The notes under the pieces are model-generated. The model was not told where the DNA came from, did no database searches, and saw only the letters and a list, made by a program, of their open reading frames with translations. DNA of 56,064 bases, the filler included, from Platydemus manokwari (taxonomy: Eukaryota): NCBI GenBank assembly GCA_037951405.1. It is 5 parts of 5 records of this genome, joined end to end, with 100 filler letters (N's around TTAATTAATTAA, not from the genome) between each part and the next. Parts side by side here need not be neighbours in the genome. Positions count along the whole stretch, not along the records: positions 1 to 8,931 come from JBBMOY011327539.1; positions 9,032 to 19,797 come from JBBMOY011107331.1; 3 more parts are not named here. One strand, written 5' to 3'. The first letter of the stretch is position 1, and each line of letters starts with the position of its first letter. This document shows, piece after piece, positions 1-13,500 of this stretch. The position numbers were made by a program, and so were the translations under genes.

Positions 1-101
1 TTTTATTGGACTCAAAGGTTTTGGATCTCTGAAATAAACACTTTGCTCAATAACCGTGATATTTTTAGAAGTCTAATCAAATTAAAATAATATTATTATA
101 G

Positions 102-611
102 TTAGCTAAATGGTTGATGATTTTTTTGCTGTTGTTTCTGTCGTAGATACTCAGTCTGTAGATCTTGCAAGTTTTGCTCAAGCATTCTCACCTCATCCAT
201 TCGGTGTGCTTGCTTGGCCTGATGAATGTAACTCTTGATGATCTCTATTTGCTGCAGCATAGGATCGTCAGCTTTACTCACATTCACTGCTTCCTCTTCT
301 GGTTTCCAACCACTGTTAGAATTGGCATCTTCTGAGTTACTCCTAGCCACAATTTTGGGATTTGAATTGACAGAAACTTTTATTCCAAGGAGCCTTTTCT
401 GGAATTCAGATGTTTGTTTGTTTCCAGATTTATTAATTCCTTCTAGATGTGACATTGACTCTTTTGTAAGCTCCTTATCTAATCGTTCCCTTTCTTGGCG
501 TTCTTTCTCTTGAGCATCCATAGCAGCTTGTCTTTCCGCTGCTATTTTTCTCTGTATCTCTGCAGCTCTAGCTTGGCGGAGTTTGTTGTGCTCTTCCTCA
601 GTGGGGAGTGC
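102..611 (-). CDS. RBSN: Rabenosyn-5, terminal exon (Rab-binding helical hairpin)
   Basis: After acceptor ccatag| at 612 the exon reads ALPTEEEHNKLRQARAAEIQRKIAAERQAA...GWKPEE...DDPMLQQIEIIKSYIHQAKQAHRMDEVRMLEQNLQDLQTEY. This matches rabenosyn LPT..ERQAA and DPLLQQI.NI..FI.QAK.A.RMDEV..L..NL..L..EY. Upstream exons were not found. Confidence 0.9.
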   Translation of the reverse strand, partial: ALPTEEEHNKLRQARAAEIQRKIAAERQAAMDAQEKERQERERLDKELTKESMSHLEGINKSGNKQTSEFQKRLLGIKVSVNSNPKIVARSNSEDANSNSGWKPEEEAVNVSKADDPMLQQIEIIKSYIHQAKQAHRMDEVRMLEQNLQDLQTEYLRQKQQQKNHQPFS

Positions 612-3275
612 CTATGGAATTATAAAATTATGCTTACTCTTATAATTTTATTTAATAATAAATCCAGCCACATTATTAATTGTTATTATACTTTTCCTTA
701 GTGGATTTATTTATTATAATTTTATTTTTTATAATCGCTTTGAAAATAATGCAATTTATTTCATAATGATAATTTAATAATTCAAAATTCCATAATCCGA
801 ATAACAATTCAAAAATAAAATTACATATACTGATTTGTTTAATCAAAAAAATTTTCTACATTGAATAAAAAGTAATTTGCAAAATAAAGATTGCAGTCAA
901 ATAAAAGTAAAGCCACATAAGATTGAAATGTTTATCACATAAATTCGTTATTCATTAATACCCACTTTCCAATTGGATTTGGATTGAAGCTTTTGGAGAG
1001 GCCATTTTAGGCTTTCATTAGAGGATTGGGTTTGAGATTGAGATCCTACCTTCTGGTAAACTGAATACTAAGATTGAGAGAATTGAGAAGTTGAAGTCTC
1101 TATTCTGGCTCTATAAGAGATTTGTTGGATGATTGATCTAATCAGCTAAGACCGCTTTGAATGGTAATCGATATTGCTTGAGTTTAGACGGTTAAGCCTA
1201 GAAACTAGAGATTAGATTTATTTGTGACTATTTTATTTTTATTTTTGTTTCTTTTGGGGCTTACCTCGGCATAAATACAGTGTCATTCAGTGATATAGAA
1301 CAATTATAGGAAAATCAGCAATTTTAACCACAATATGCGCAAAAGCACTTGGACTAATAATAGTATGCATAAATAAATCATATGGAGACAGAGAAAGACA
1401 GAATAGAAACCAAAAACAATGTAGTTTAAATTTAAAATACTGCTTTGAATAAATGCTGAAGCCAAATTATCTTCGTCACCGCCTTTAAATTCTAACATTG
1501 TAGTTCATAATCATTCTTATAATATTATCAAACTTTTCTAGATCCTTAGGTATAAAATTTAAATAGATTCGGTCAAATATTATATTAATTTGTGGTAAAA
1601 ATACATAAAGCTAAAATTAAAATTAACAATGAAATACTTTTCATTCATAAAATATTTTTCCTATAAAATGTCATCACACTTGACCTTGTTTATAAAGAAA
1701 CATAAAAATTCCTATTTTATAAGACTACTATTTCCTCTAAATAAATTGATAGATTCAATCATCAAACAAAAATGTTTATTTGGATCATGAGTCAAAACAT
1801 CAATGGCATTTTACAATTTGGATCTAACGAAACCCAAACACTTTTTAGAAGTGACTTGATTGACTTAGTTCATTATTTTTAAGAATCTTATTCAATAACT
1901 AGATTTCATTATCTACAGGAAAACTAGAAACAAATATTGTCAAAAATAAATAGTGAGCTATTAAAAAATCGAAATATTTTTAGCCATTGCTCACAAACCA
2001 AATATTGATTTAACAATTTCATTTTTCAAAAAATAATGTAATAAATCTGATAAGAATTAATAATTTTTCGAATCTTAACGAAAAATAAAAATACGTATTA
2101 GATGATAAATAAAAATTTACCTCGACATTCAATGGGTCATTGTCATATATAATATCTGTAATGCGTGAAAATTTGACTTTTGAAAATAAATATAACTACT
2201 GCCTATGTAAAGAGAAGCAGTCCTCTGTCTTAATTTCATTTTAATGAATTTTCGCGTATAGATTAATTTTATAATTACGTTTTGTGTAGATTTCTAAAAT
2301 TGTATCCAAAAATTTATTTTTATAAAAAATTTTTAATTGTGGATCAAAATTGAATGAATTAATTGTTCTTCATTACAATGGTTGAAAATGCCTAGGTTTA
2401 ATGGATTGATGAAGCACTTCGAATGCTTGAATAGCTGAATGATAAGTTAGGATTGGAGGGAACTACAAGACTTCCAATAAAACTTATAAATTACTGATCC
2501 GGCCACATCTATCTTCAGTTAAATATTAAGTAATTCATAAAATGCCAATTTTAACTTTATCTAACAATTATTCCTTTTAGGATGGTCATATTTAGGTTCT
2601 GGCTGCAAATTAAAAAGCAGTCAAGACATCTACAAATGTTAAATATGATAATAAACTATTTAAAATCTTAAGTTTTATATTTAAAATTTTTATCACTTTG
2701 AGGTTTTATTTTTTTCACTTCGAAATAGGGACATAACAGAAATGTTAAACCAAGTTCTTATTCTAATCACAGTTCTTATATTTGTAGTATTGGTGTCTAT
2801 ATGACTGTTTGCTTTGCAAACTAAATTTATTTTTAAATCAACTAGTTAAACTCCTGACATGTTTAATAATTTAATAACTCGTTCTCATTAAATAATTGTT
2901 AATTTAATTTAAATAAAAATGAACATAATCGATGTATTTGAATTCAAAAAATACGACTTCAAAGACTAGTGATTAGAATCGATTTAATTCATAATTGATA
3001 GTACATGTTTCAACTTAAAATTAATTTAAAAATAATGGGGCATAACAATTGACATTTATATTTTTCAGAATAAAGTTAAGTGGCAAAATATCGGTGAATT
3101 ATTCAAAACGAATCAAATCAGAATATCATACATTTTAAATTAAATACCACAATTATTTTAAAGTACTTTCACAACCACAGAACCACGTTGCATATTTATC
3201 CATAAAATACTAAATAATTGAATAAAACAACATTTACAAGGAGAATATATTTAAAAAATTTAAAATCACAAATTA

Positions 3276-3641
3276 TCAACTGGAAAATGTGTATAACATG
3301 TCATAAATAATTATCCAGATAACAACAAAGCTTGCAAATGCAGATAAAAATCCTTCTTTAAAAATATCTCCGTAACCACCAAATTCATCTTCGTCAATTT
3401 GTTGAAATACAGAACTATACAAATAAATAAATAAAAGAGATATACCAGCAAATAGAACAAGTCCTAGAAATCCTTTCAAAGGTATAAATCCCCATATAAG
3501 ACCTAATAAAACACCAATAATCTGTTTAAACCAATATATGACATCTAGGAATTCGTCTTTATCCTGCCATTGGGATTTTGTTGTTATTGCTTTTTTAAAA
3601 GTGTCTAATACGCTCGACTGCTTCTTTGGAATATTTTTCAT
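3276..3641 (-). CDS. RAB5IF: RAB5-interacting factor / C20orf24 (OPTI/RCAF1) small membrane protein
   Basis: WQDKDEFLDVIYWFKQIIGVLLGLIWGFIPLKGFLG...QIDEDEFGGYGDIFKEGFLSAFASFVVIWII is the C20orf24/Rab5ip signature. Intact 121-aa ORF. Confidence 0.93.
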   Translation of the reverse strand: MKNIPKKQSSVLDTFKKAITTKSQWQDKDEFLDVIYWFKQIIGVLLGLIWGFIPLKGFLGLVLFAGISLLFIYLYSSVFQQIDEDEFGGYGDIFKEGFLSAFASFVVIWIIIYDMLYTFSS

Positions 3642-4439
3642 CTAAAATAAATATTTTTTAATTTAATTTGAATATATTACAACTTAAATTATTCAAAATG
3701 ATAAACCAAATTAAACAAAAAATTGCATGTCTTTACATCGTTTCAAATCACAATTCAAATTTAATTCATTAAAAGAAAAATGTTATTAAATTCCAATATT
3801 TAAAATTAAATTTAAATCTAGTTAGATTTCAGGATTTAGTAATTGATTATTTTTATTTAAGAAAAAAAGTTTTACATAAATGACATTTTTATTTATTTAA
3901 TTAAATTAATTTTCAAATTATATACCAACCAAAGAATATTGTTTTCTAAACAAATAAAAAATAATCATAAACAATATACTTATAAATAAGCACAGGAAGT
4001 TTGAAAATATTAAATTCTTACATATTTTGATACTTTTTGAAAAATAAATGAAAACAATAAAAAGAACTTGTTCATTTATTTGGAAAATATCACAAAAATT
4101 CAAAAACTAAGAATACTTGATTCATAATAAGTTTAACTTTAATAATAATTTTGTACAATTGATGATGATTTGGTTATAATGAAATTGCAAACCAATAAAT
4201 CCTCTAGTTATTACACAATGTTGCCGAGACCAGACCCCATCGCAGATAGAAACAACAATTAATATAAAAAGTTTTAAAAACCTAAAAATAGGTATGTAAA
4301 TAATATTATTATTAATAAAATATCATATTAGAAGGATGAAAAAATAATTAGAATAAATAAATTACAAAAATAGAAATTAAACAGAGACAGAAAAATAAGT
4401 ATCATAAATATGCCTAAAAATTGACCTAAGACTATCTGA

Positions 4440-7400
4440 ACATATTAGAGGACATGTCTGACATCGAGGAACTACAAACCACCACAACCCAATTGGAATC
4501 GCTTGCTCTAATCTAACGTCTAAATTTCTCGTTGGGATATAAATTTGAATTCTCTTCTGGACGAAATCCGAACTAACTTAGACACCTACCTGATTGGAAA
4601 AATTTCTCTTTACAAAAACTTTTGACTCTGTCATTCGTAACCATCAACAAACTCATTCTTAGCATCAAGTGGTCTCGTGGACCAACAAAGCTCATTAAGC
4701 TAAAACATTCCCTCAACACAACTATAGTTATCCAGATAACATCAAGTCACCATCAACCTTGAACGAACTCCTTAAGAATGTGGCCCAAATTCCGGAAATT
4801 TGAAATGACATCTGCACCTGCGAAGCATATCAAGTTGATGTAAAGCAGTCCAAATGTGCCAAAAAACCACCCCAAACATATAGGTATCGAATATTGAACG
4901 AACTCCTCTCCCTATTGATCTGCAAATGTGATCAATGTATAAAAACTACGTGAAAACGTGTTATGGCATAACAACTAGTAACTCTTCAAACTGAGTTCAG
5001 AACAGGTTTTCATGCAGTCCAAAATATCAAATGTTACTGCGGTCTGTGCGGAAACTCTTTCAACAGGTGATTAAATTGCACTGCCTTTATATAAGCTACT
5101 ATATACCTATAATTGAAAGCAACACAAAAATAAAATATCTCAGATTCCAGCCAAAAATCAATGACAGAGCACACTAGTTCTGATACATCTGGGGTAGTAG
5201 TAAGGATAGTCAGCAAATGATGCATCCCTGAAAAAAACTTTCGATTATTTGATGTTTGCTATTTTCACTACTAAAATGACATTTTTTTAATAAAAAAAAC
5301 AATAAATATATTTGATATTGATAAAAAAATTGGAATAATTAAGAAAAATTATTTAAAATCAAAATTTAGTAAAATGCTTTTTCCAGACCACCAATAAGCC
5401 CAAACTCAGCTTAACACAGTATCTATAACCAATCAATTTAACTATGCATCAGGTTCGAGACTTGCAGACTAAGAATAGCAAACTGATGTCATACCAACTT
5501 TCACTCCGAAAAACCTCGAACAAAACCCCAGTCATACTCCCACTCCATACCAAGTTGCCTCTCTGGACAATATCGACATCGATGATGTGACTCTTACTCA
5601 AACTAAAACAGATACTCCTTACAGCGAAGAAGAATCTAACAATGAATTTCAACCAAACAGATCAACCTACAGTATCCAAATCTATCACATTCTTCTTAAC
5701 CAATTCTTGTCTAAAGTAAGTGGCGGGTTTCCAACAACCTTATAATTCAAGACTATAATCGATGATAGTAATGCTCAGTACAACTTATGTCCAAAGATCT
5801 ATCGTTTCTCATTTTCCAACACATCAATTGTTCGAATTACTTCCTACAAAATCACAGTGTCAGTCTGAAATTTGAATTTGCTGTCCAATGTTATTGAGGT
5901 TTCATCACCTCTTTTAATCTGAATTTGAACCAGCACAAGACTGAAAACCTACAAACAAACCAAGTTCAGTTACGTACCAGCATTCCTTTAACCAACCAAG
6001 ATGCTCAATCTCAATGACTATCAGGCCTAGCAACAGAAGCCTATCTCTTTTACAAAACTGTCCAATTTCAGTGACCTCATTTTCATCAAATCACAACGTA
6101 CAATCATCATCACCAACCAATATTTTGAAAATTTCTATCTCTCTTTTTCATCCACTGACAATCTCAGATATCGTAACTTCATGGCGTCTTATAGCTCTGA
6201 TGGACACATCAACCCTAATTTTTGCAACTACTCTGATCATACAAATCCCTAACTTAATCAAAGCTGGAAATTTTCTTTCTCCAAATCAAAAGGTAATGTT
6301 CGCCTATGATGTATGTGCCAAACATCATGTCTACTTATTCACCCAATCTATACACAAAATTCAACAGTACAAGAATGTGTTGCTCTGCTGAATAGATTTA
6401 AAGTTCTGGTTATTGGCATCACTAACATCTAAAAGTATTTGGGAGTTCCACTTGGTCTTCTAAAACTAACACGAGTGGGCCATATTGTTCAATTTATCAA
6501 ATCAGTCTATAAACCTTTGCAAAGTCTCGGCTTCACCATTTCTAAAAGTTTCAAGCTTACAGCATCTTCCTGCACTCAATAATCCTGTTCGACTTCATAA
6601 TTCAACAGATTGAAACAACTAAACTCGATTCTTGTGCTCTGATCATTAATGAAGACAACAAACCACCCTAATCCTTTGACAAGAATATCCGAGAAATGTC
6701 TCGTAAAATACTGAATCTGCAAAGCTCAAAATTTAGAAACAATTACTTTCTCTACTCTCCACGCAAACTAATTGGAATCGTCATAAATATCCCGCTCATG
6801 GAGTACTACATCCAGAGCATTGATTGTGCCTTTGGATTTCCAATAAGTTAAGAAAATCAATTTAGGTCATTTATTATAAAACACCTAACCAACCTGTCCA
6901 GCTCAGACTCAACGAATCCACAGATTTATCAAGTGTACTCCCTTGGATATCAAACCAAATTGATATGACTAAAATTCAAATCCCACAATTTGGTGGACCA
7001 AGACGTGATTTGTTACTAGAAAATTTAGAAAACTACAAATTGACAATTATTTTAAAAAATCACAATAATCAAATTCAACTGAGAGTCACCACTGCAGTGC
7101 CGAAAAAGACAAACTTTTTCTTAGAAGATAGTCTTGACAAACTCTCAGATATTCTATACGATTCAGTATACGTGTCGTTCTTCAATAATTGGTTCACAAT
7201 TAAAACACAAGGAAGGATGGTCCACAGTTTCTCCTTCTGATCTATAATAAAAGCCATTAAAGAACATACATCTGTCATCAGAAGTGACCTTTTACTGCTC
7301 AATCACACGCCGTACTTTATCAAAGCAAACAAATCAACATTGTGCAGTGTTAAATCACAGAACTGATGCTACTATGTTTATCCACCGCCCGGCTGCCGGG

Positions 7401-7810
7401 ACTAGTTTAAAAAAATCACTAGATAATCCCTGATCATTTAGAAAATTATCTGCAATCAAAGGCTTTGACGCGATCATCGATACAACACCACTTGAATCTG
7501 CGTGCAAATTACGGATAAATTTCGTCAACCTCAAGATTCCTTTCGACAAGAACGACAAATTCCAGCGTTATCGATTCTTCAATCAGGAGAAATAAAGAAT
7601 CATTGCCAAGGAGATCTGCATAAAAACCAGATTCCAAATTCTCATCAGTGTCAATCGCATCGGTGTTCTTGGATCTTGGAATCCTGACAACGGCAAGGTC
7701 CTATCGAATATTGTGCTGAACAAGAAGAAAATTAAGTTTATCTCGGGGTTTTTAATAACGGAATTTCTCAAAATGTTTATGCAACTTATAAAGTTCATAC
7801 GGACCAAAAG
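4440..7810 (+). mobile_element. Decayed RLE-class non-LTR retrotransposon (R2/R4/NeSL-like)
   Basis: RT motifs SWRLIALMDTS..LSPNQKVM..C..H..LC*IDLK (6170-6403), KYLGVPLG (~6433) and FLYSPRKLIGI (~6748). Endonuclease region NLKIPFD..EK*RIIAKE..IGVLGSWNPDN (7525-7690). Many stops; the 5' boundary is approximate. Confidence 0.8.
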
Positions 7811-8931
7811 AAACCAAAGAATATCTGGTAGTATCGAGTACTAATTCTTCAGTATTAGTCAACCAAAAAAGCTATAACAAAAGTTAATACAGAGCTATAC
7901 GGTAATGCTAAAAAACTAAAAAGAGGACTTCAAATGGAGAAATCTAAAATCAGAATATCAGATATATCGAGTCTAAAGATTCTTATTCATCATATTTTTA
8001 TCTTAAGAACCCTAAGAGTCAAGCAATGACAAGAATTATAAATAATTCAAATAATTATTAAAATTAAAAACGGAATAAAGAAATAGATATTAGGAGGTAT
8101 AGTAAATAATTTAAACTACGGAATTTTTCAACAATTTTCAAAATTTTTTCAATAAATCTGATATTTCTACTCATGCTGATGACAAGAAATTCAATATTGA
8201 AGAAAAAAAATCGATGATTTGAAATCCAAAATTTCAATTCTCACTTCCAAAATTAATGAAATAGAAGCTCTTAATAATTCTCAAATTAAAAACATTATTT
8301 CACGTTCTGAAGAGAATTTAAATGTTGAAGATACAAAGGACATTACAGAAAAATCATCTGTAAATCCTACTAGCCAATTTAGTGATTCCAAAACACCAAT
8401 TGTTTTCGACAAAAATGTCTCTGATGGCAAATTAAATGAGAATTCTTTAAAATATTCTATTCAAGATTCTACTTTATCAAATATTGCTCAAGATACAAAA
8501 TTCCCAAGAAAATCAAAAAGAAATGAAAACAATGTCAACTAAAATGAATAAAATCTGTATGAAAACAAGAGTAACTCAAATAACAAATCAAAAATTCTTT
8601 TGAGGAAACGCAAAATTTTAATACCGACGAATATATTGAAGATAATTCGAGGAAACAATTTTCAACCAATAATCGTGTTATCAATAAAATTGAATATGAT
8701 CTTCTCCGACACAGACTTGGTAAGAAATGAAATGAAATTAATGGTCTACCTATGAGAAAACTATCGAACGATCGAAACGATTAACAAACATTCTTCTCAA
8801 TTTCAAAGCTCATGAACGGATTAAATCTGTAACACCAGCATGTCGTCAAGTTTTTATTAAAGCTTTACTCATAAGTCGGGACACTAATTTGCATATTGTG
8901 TTATATAAGAAATTTAATAATTAAATTATAA

Positions 8932-9031
8932 NNNNNNNNNNNNNNNNNNNNNNNNNNNNNNNNNNNNNNNNNNNNTTAATTAATTAANNNNNNNNNNNNN
9001 NNNNNNNNNNNNNNNNNNNNNNNNNNNNNNN
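8932..9031. other. Artificial contig linker
   Basis: 44 N + TTAATTAATTAA (stops in all six frames) + 44 N. Confidence 0.97.
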
Positions 9032-9805
9032 AATATTCAGAAAAAGAAATTAAGATAGGACAATGATTTTTAAATAAAATTATTATTAATAAAAATAAAA
9101 ATTAAGTTGAAATAATAAATAAATAAAATATTTGATTTAGAAATTATTATTTGTTTAAATGTGTTAAAAAACAAAAATAGGAATAGGTTCCTAATGTAGG
9201 AGATTATTGATTAAAAATAGTAGTTAGAAATGCATCATAACTATGGAAAGAAAATTTTGCTCTTACCAAAGTTCGGTATAAATAGGGCAATCAATAGTTG
9301 ATTGTCACAATTAACATTTAGCAGAAAAATTAGCAGTCTTTTCGAAATGATTAAAGAAGCAATATTGTCCGATCACAGAAGAATATTATTAATTAAAAGG
9401 AATATTATCAAACCAAAAGCGATCAGATTTTTTTGTTGATCACTTTTGTTGCAGGACAGGATCAAGCCCAACATCAACAACAATGTCCACAGAAGGACTC
9501 TTATCTTCAGCATACCAAAAGATCAAACTCAAACTCTAATAGTCCCAATCAACCTCATATCAAAGCCTGCAATCCAGATAGAAAGACGATATGGACGAGT
9601 AATAAACCCCTGACTCTCGTGATTTATTGATCTGATCTGATTCTTTTGTGATTGATTCTTGAATGAATACGACATATAAACAAGATTTATTTGTAAATTT
9701 TTTGAAAACTCTATTTGTACTGGTTAATTGTATAAAAACAATAAAAAATTATATTTTTAAAATAATATGCAAAAAATTATATTTTAAGCAAAAATTATGA
9801 GAAAT

Positions 9806-10536
9806 AATATTGGGTAGCCGGCCGATGAGCTACTCCTAGCCTAATAATAAACAGGGACAATAATATTTCTATTGAAAGCTTGGAAACAGGAAAATATTAA
9901 GACAATAATATATTGAAAAACGAAACTAATTGAATCAAATGTGTGGATTTTTAAAGACAATATTTAAAGAGCCAGCCGATTTTATAAATAGTAAAAATCT
10001 TATATAAACGCAATGGAGGCTCGGTATTTGAGCCTTCCCTTATTGAGCACTTTTATAAAACTGCGCGTTTGTGTAAATTTGATATACTGTTTTATTGCGT
10101 AAATAACATTGCGTGAAAAATCAAAATTAAAAGGAATTCATAAAATTTGTAATTGTGCAACAAAAATTGATATATTTGTAAATTTGTTATAACTACTAAT
10201 AAACTTTATTGTTGCAATCATTGGGTTGATTTATTGTATTATTTGATTATAATTATAAGAGCACGCACCTACCGGATTGATATTGCGCTTCAACCGGTAG
10301 TATCGAATTCGCACATATATTAAGATCTAATAACCCCAACATTTTTATTTTTATTCGAGGAAAGAGTTTTCCCTAATATTTGAAGAAAAAAGTAGAAGTA
10401 TATATTTGGATATTCGAGGACACTGTCCAAATATTGTTAAAAAGTTTAATAAAGCAATGCGTTCGTAACTGTTTGTTGTGCACGCTTGTATCGTAGTATA
10501 GGCCAGAAGTAGCTCCTCGACCGGCTGCCCAATATT
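9806..10536. mobile_element. Non-autonomous TIR element (MITE-like, TA-flanked)
   Basis: 9806-9843 aatattgggtagccggccgatgagctactcctagccta is the reverse complement of 10499-10536 with 5 mismatches in 38 bp. Ends read TA|TTGGG...CCCAA|TA. No transposase ORF inside. Confidence 0.65.
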
Positions 10537-13500
10537 GTGTGCGGACAAGTGCCGTGATTTACTGAACTGAATATAAGGATACAAGCCTTGATTGTTATTT
10601 CTATTGTGAGCTGAATAAAGTTTTCTTAGTGTTCAGCTACTGTCTTTTTGGAGTCAAATATATAGGGTCTAGTGAGTATAGTTGTGCTCTACAGCAGGTA
10701 GACTGAACAAATATATTTAAGGAACAGAAATTTAATAGATTGGTATTTCGATTTTAATTATTCAATTTAATCTCTAAGGATAGTCTCACAATAAATGTTA
10801 AGTGTTAAAGTATTTTATTATAATATAAACATATTTGATATAATATTGATCAGAATAGCTTGAAAATTAAATAATATATATGGTATTTATAATTAATTTG
10901 ACTCCAATAAAGATGTAAATACAGAATAAATAAAATATATGATTGTTAGAACAACTGAAACAATATTTGAAAACAATAAATAATTGCAATGAATTTTATG
11001 ATTAAAGAATTATTATATGAATCAATACTAATACAATAACCAAGTAATATTATTTGATTAATATTATAAAAAGTTCTATTATTGTAAAACTCAAAATTAA
11101 GACTCCTAAGCTTCTGAAGTAGGAGCCCTCTCTGCTGAATAGCTTACTGATAATTGAGACTATTAGTGCAAGCAACCACTCATTAAGTTTTGTGATTTTA
11201 GAAAAGTAACTTTGAAGCTTTATTTAAAATAATGGCCGGATAGGGTTCAAGCCATTTAAATTAATCATAAGTATTACAGAGAATAACATCATAATGTTAA
11301 AGTAAAATTGCATCAAAATGTTCAAAATTAAAAAATGACTTGTGAATAATTGAATAAAATTTAATAAAAATGTCGAAGGGACATAAATCAACTTTACTAA
11401 AAATTTTGTATCTTAATTGCAAATCAATATTTCTTATGGTTCACACAAGTAGCAAAACGTTAATTGGTAACTATTTTTCATCATAAATTATTTATTGGAA
11501 CATATTGTGAAATCCGACCTGACCCAGCATTATTAAACTATGTACAATCACAAATCTCTATGGCTGTGTGATTGTTCTAAATTTATCAAGTTCTATTTAT
11601 TATCTCCCACCTTTTTTAACCACAGAGTTGTCTCGCCAACTAGTTGGCCAGACTTGACTGTTCTCCTGAAGGGTCTATCCGTCAACAATAGAATTGTACC
11701 TTAAATACATTATAAAATTCGATTTATATTGTTAAACTTATTTTATTGTATTCGTTTATTTAAAAATTTATTTTCATATTTTTCAGGATAAGTTCATATT
11801 TTACTCGTCTATTTATATTTTAATATTATTATTAGTATAAGAGAGTGATTCGGACACTTCTTACATATCTGATATGAGCATATTCTGTTAGAAACAAAAT
11901 CGTAACTTATTCTTATATTTGTCTTCAATTCTATAGTCTAAGTATATTAATTGTTAACTTTTAACACCAGAATTTTAATTTGATTTCATTTCGTTCCTAT
12001 ATCTTCATTAAACCCCAAGAATATTTCAATATAATTTTTTGAAATTAATGTGAGCATTTGTCAAAAATCGAGCTTCGGTCATTAAGTTATAATGTAATGT
12101 GGGTTTTGTATATTTTCTTGGTTGTGTTTATACCGTATTTTCTATATAGGTACTCTTTCATTATTCTAATTTTTATCTATTATTTACATTTTTTCTAATT
12201 TTCAATAATTTCTAAAAACTTTGTCTACCAATGATTCTTCTTGATATTCGACACAACAGTTTTTGTATAATAAATTTCTTACACTTATCATATCCTATTA
12301 TCCGATATTACCGCAACCTATTATCATTACATAAGGTACAAAGTAAATTGCATAAAATCTTTTATAAAACGTTTAATGATTCATATGAATGATTATTCTT
12401 ATTGTAGAATTACCAATAAATCAGTAGCAGTAGCCTAGCTGCAAATAAATGAAAATACGAGTAAAGAAAAATTGAAATAGTTAAACAATTAAACCATACG
12501 AAGAAAGCGGAGTATAGAGAATAAAAAAAATAAAGGAAGACAAAAGGTAAGAGACGCAGAAAGAACTCAAAAATTCGAACCAAAGATAAACCTAGAATCA
12601 AAGGTAAAAAAAAGTTTAAACAAAGGAAAACAATATATCAAAAGCCAATGTAACAAAAATTCACCACATAAGAAGCTCAACAGTTGACAAGCCTTAAATC
12701 TCAACTACCAACAACCGCACGGAAGAAAGAAAATTGCAATCCTATGAAATCAAAATAAAACCAAAAATAAGGCGATCATGTTAGATTCCCCAAAATCATT
12801 CGGGTTTCTGGGCGAAGATGATTTGGAAAACCTAGAAATGCGAGTAAAATTTGAGCGGCCTAATAGAGTAGAAATGAAATCATATTATTTCAAGACAGAA
12901 AACAAATAGTCGCTATAAAAAGCAACAGAAATTAATGAAAGTTGTTTAAAAGTGGAAGGACCAGGAACTCCCGCAGTCTATGAAGCCTTAAACCAACCAA
13001 CATAAGCTAATTAGAGAAAATGGAAGGAGGGACAAACTCATCTTAACTTCAACCATTTTTGTGAACATACAAAATAATTTTGTAGTGTTATATAAATAAA
13101 AATGAGTGAATAAAACTATTTGCTTATTGAAGTCAGATAAATAATCAAGTAGTTGTGCATCGTATCAAGTAGGCTTAACATATATACGCGTGTGTTTGTG
13201 TGTATACTGAAACTAAAATCATACAAAATAAATTTGTTAAATTATAGAAGACTACTTAACAAATCTGAGCGATAATAAAAGCAATCTTAATAAAAATAAT
13301 TTGCATTTTGATGATACGGTGAATGAATTAACAAATGTAATGATTTATGTAAATATGAAGATGCGAAAATGTGAATGAATAAAATAAAACGCGTAAAATA
13401 ATTAAACGTGATAGATATAAAAGATAAGAGAATAATGAAAAATAAAATATATCATTCAAGATAATTAAATTTATTAAATAACGAAATCAATAATAATGGT

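Noticed and set aside
235-513. Plus-strand ORFs opposite RBSN (and similar ones opposite DCTN1)
   Set aside because: Antisense shadows of real exons.
102-3641. Functional Rab5 gene cluster (RBSN + RAB5IF)
   Set aside because: RAB5IF is a membrane-protein biogenesis factor and its name is historical; no evidence of functional linkage.
8219-8542. 107-aa S/N/K-rich ORF
   Set aside because: TTG start, low complexity and no motif; possibly a TE ORF1 remnant but unsupported.
9811-9855. Hammerhead ribozyme (ccgatgag)
   Set aside because: No CUGAnGA core or GAAA with proper stems; better explained as a TIR.
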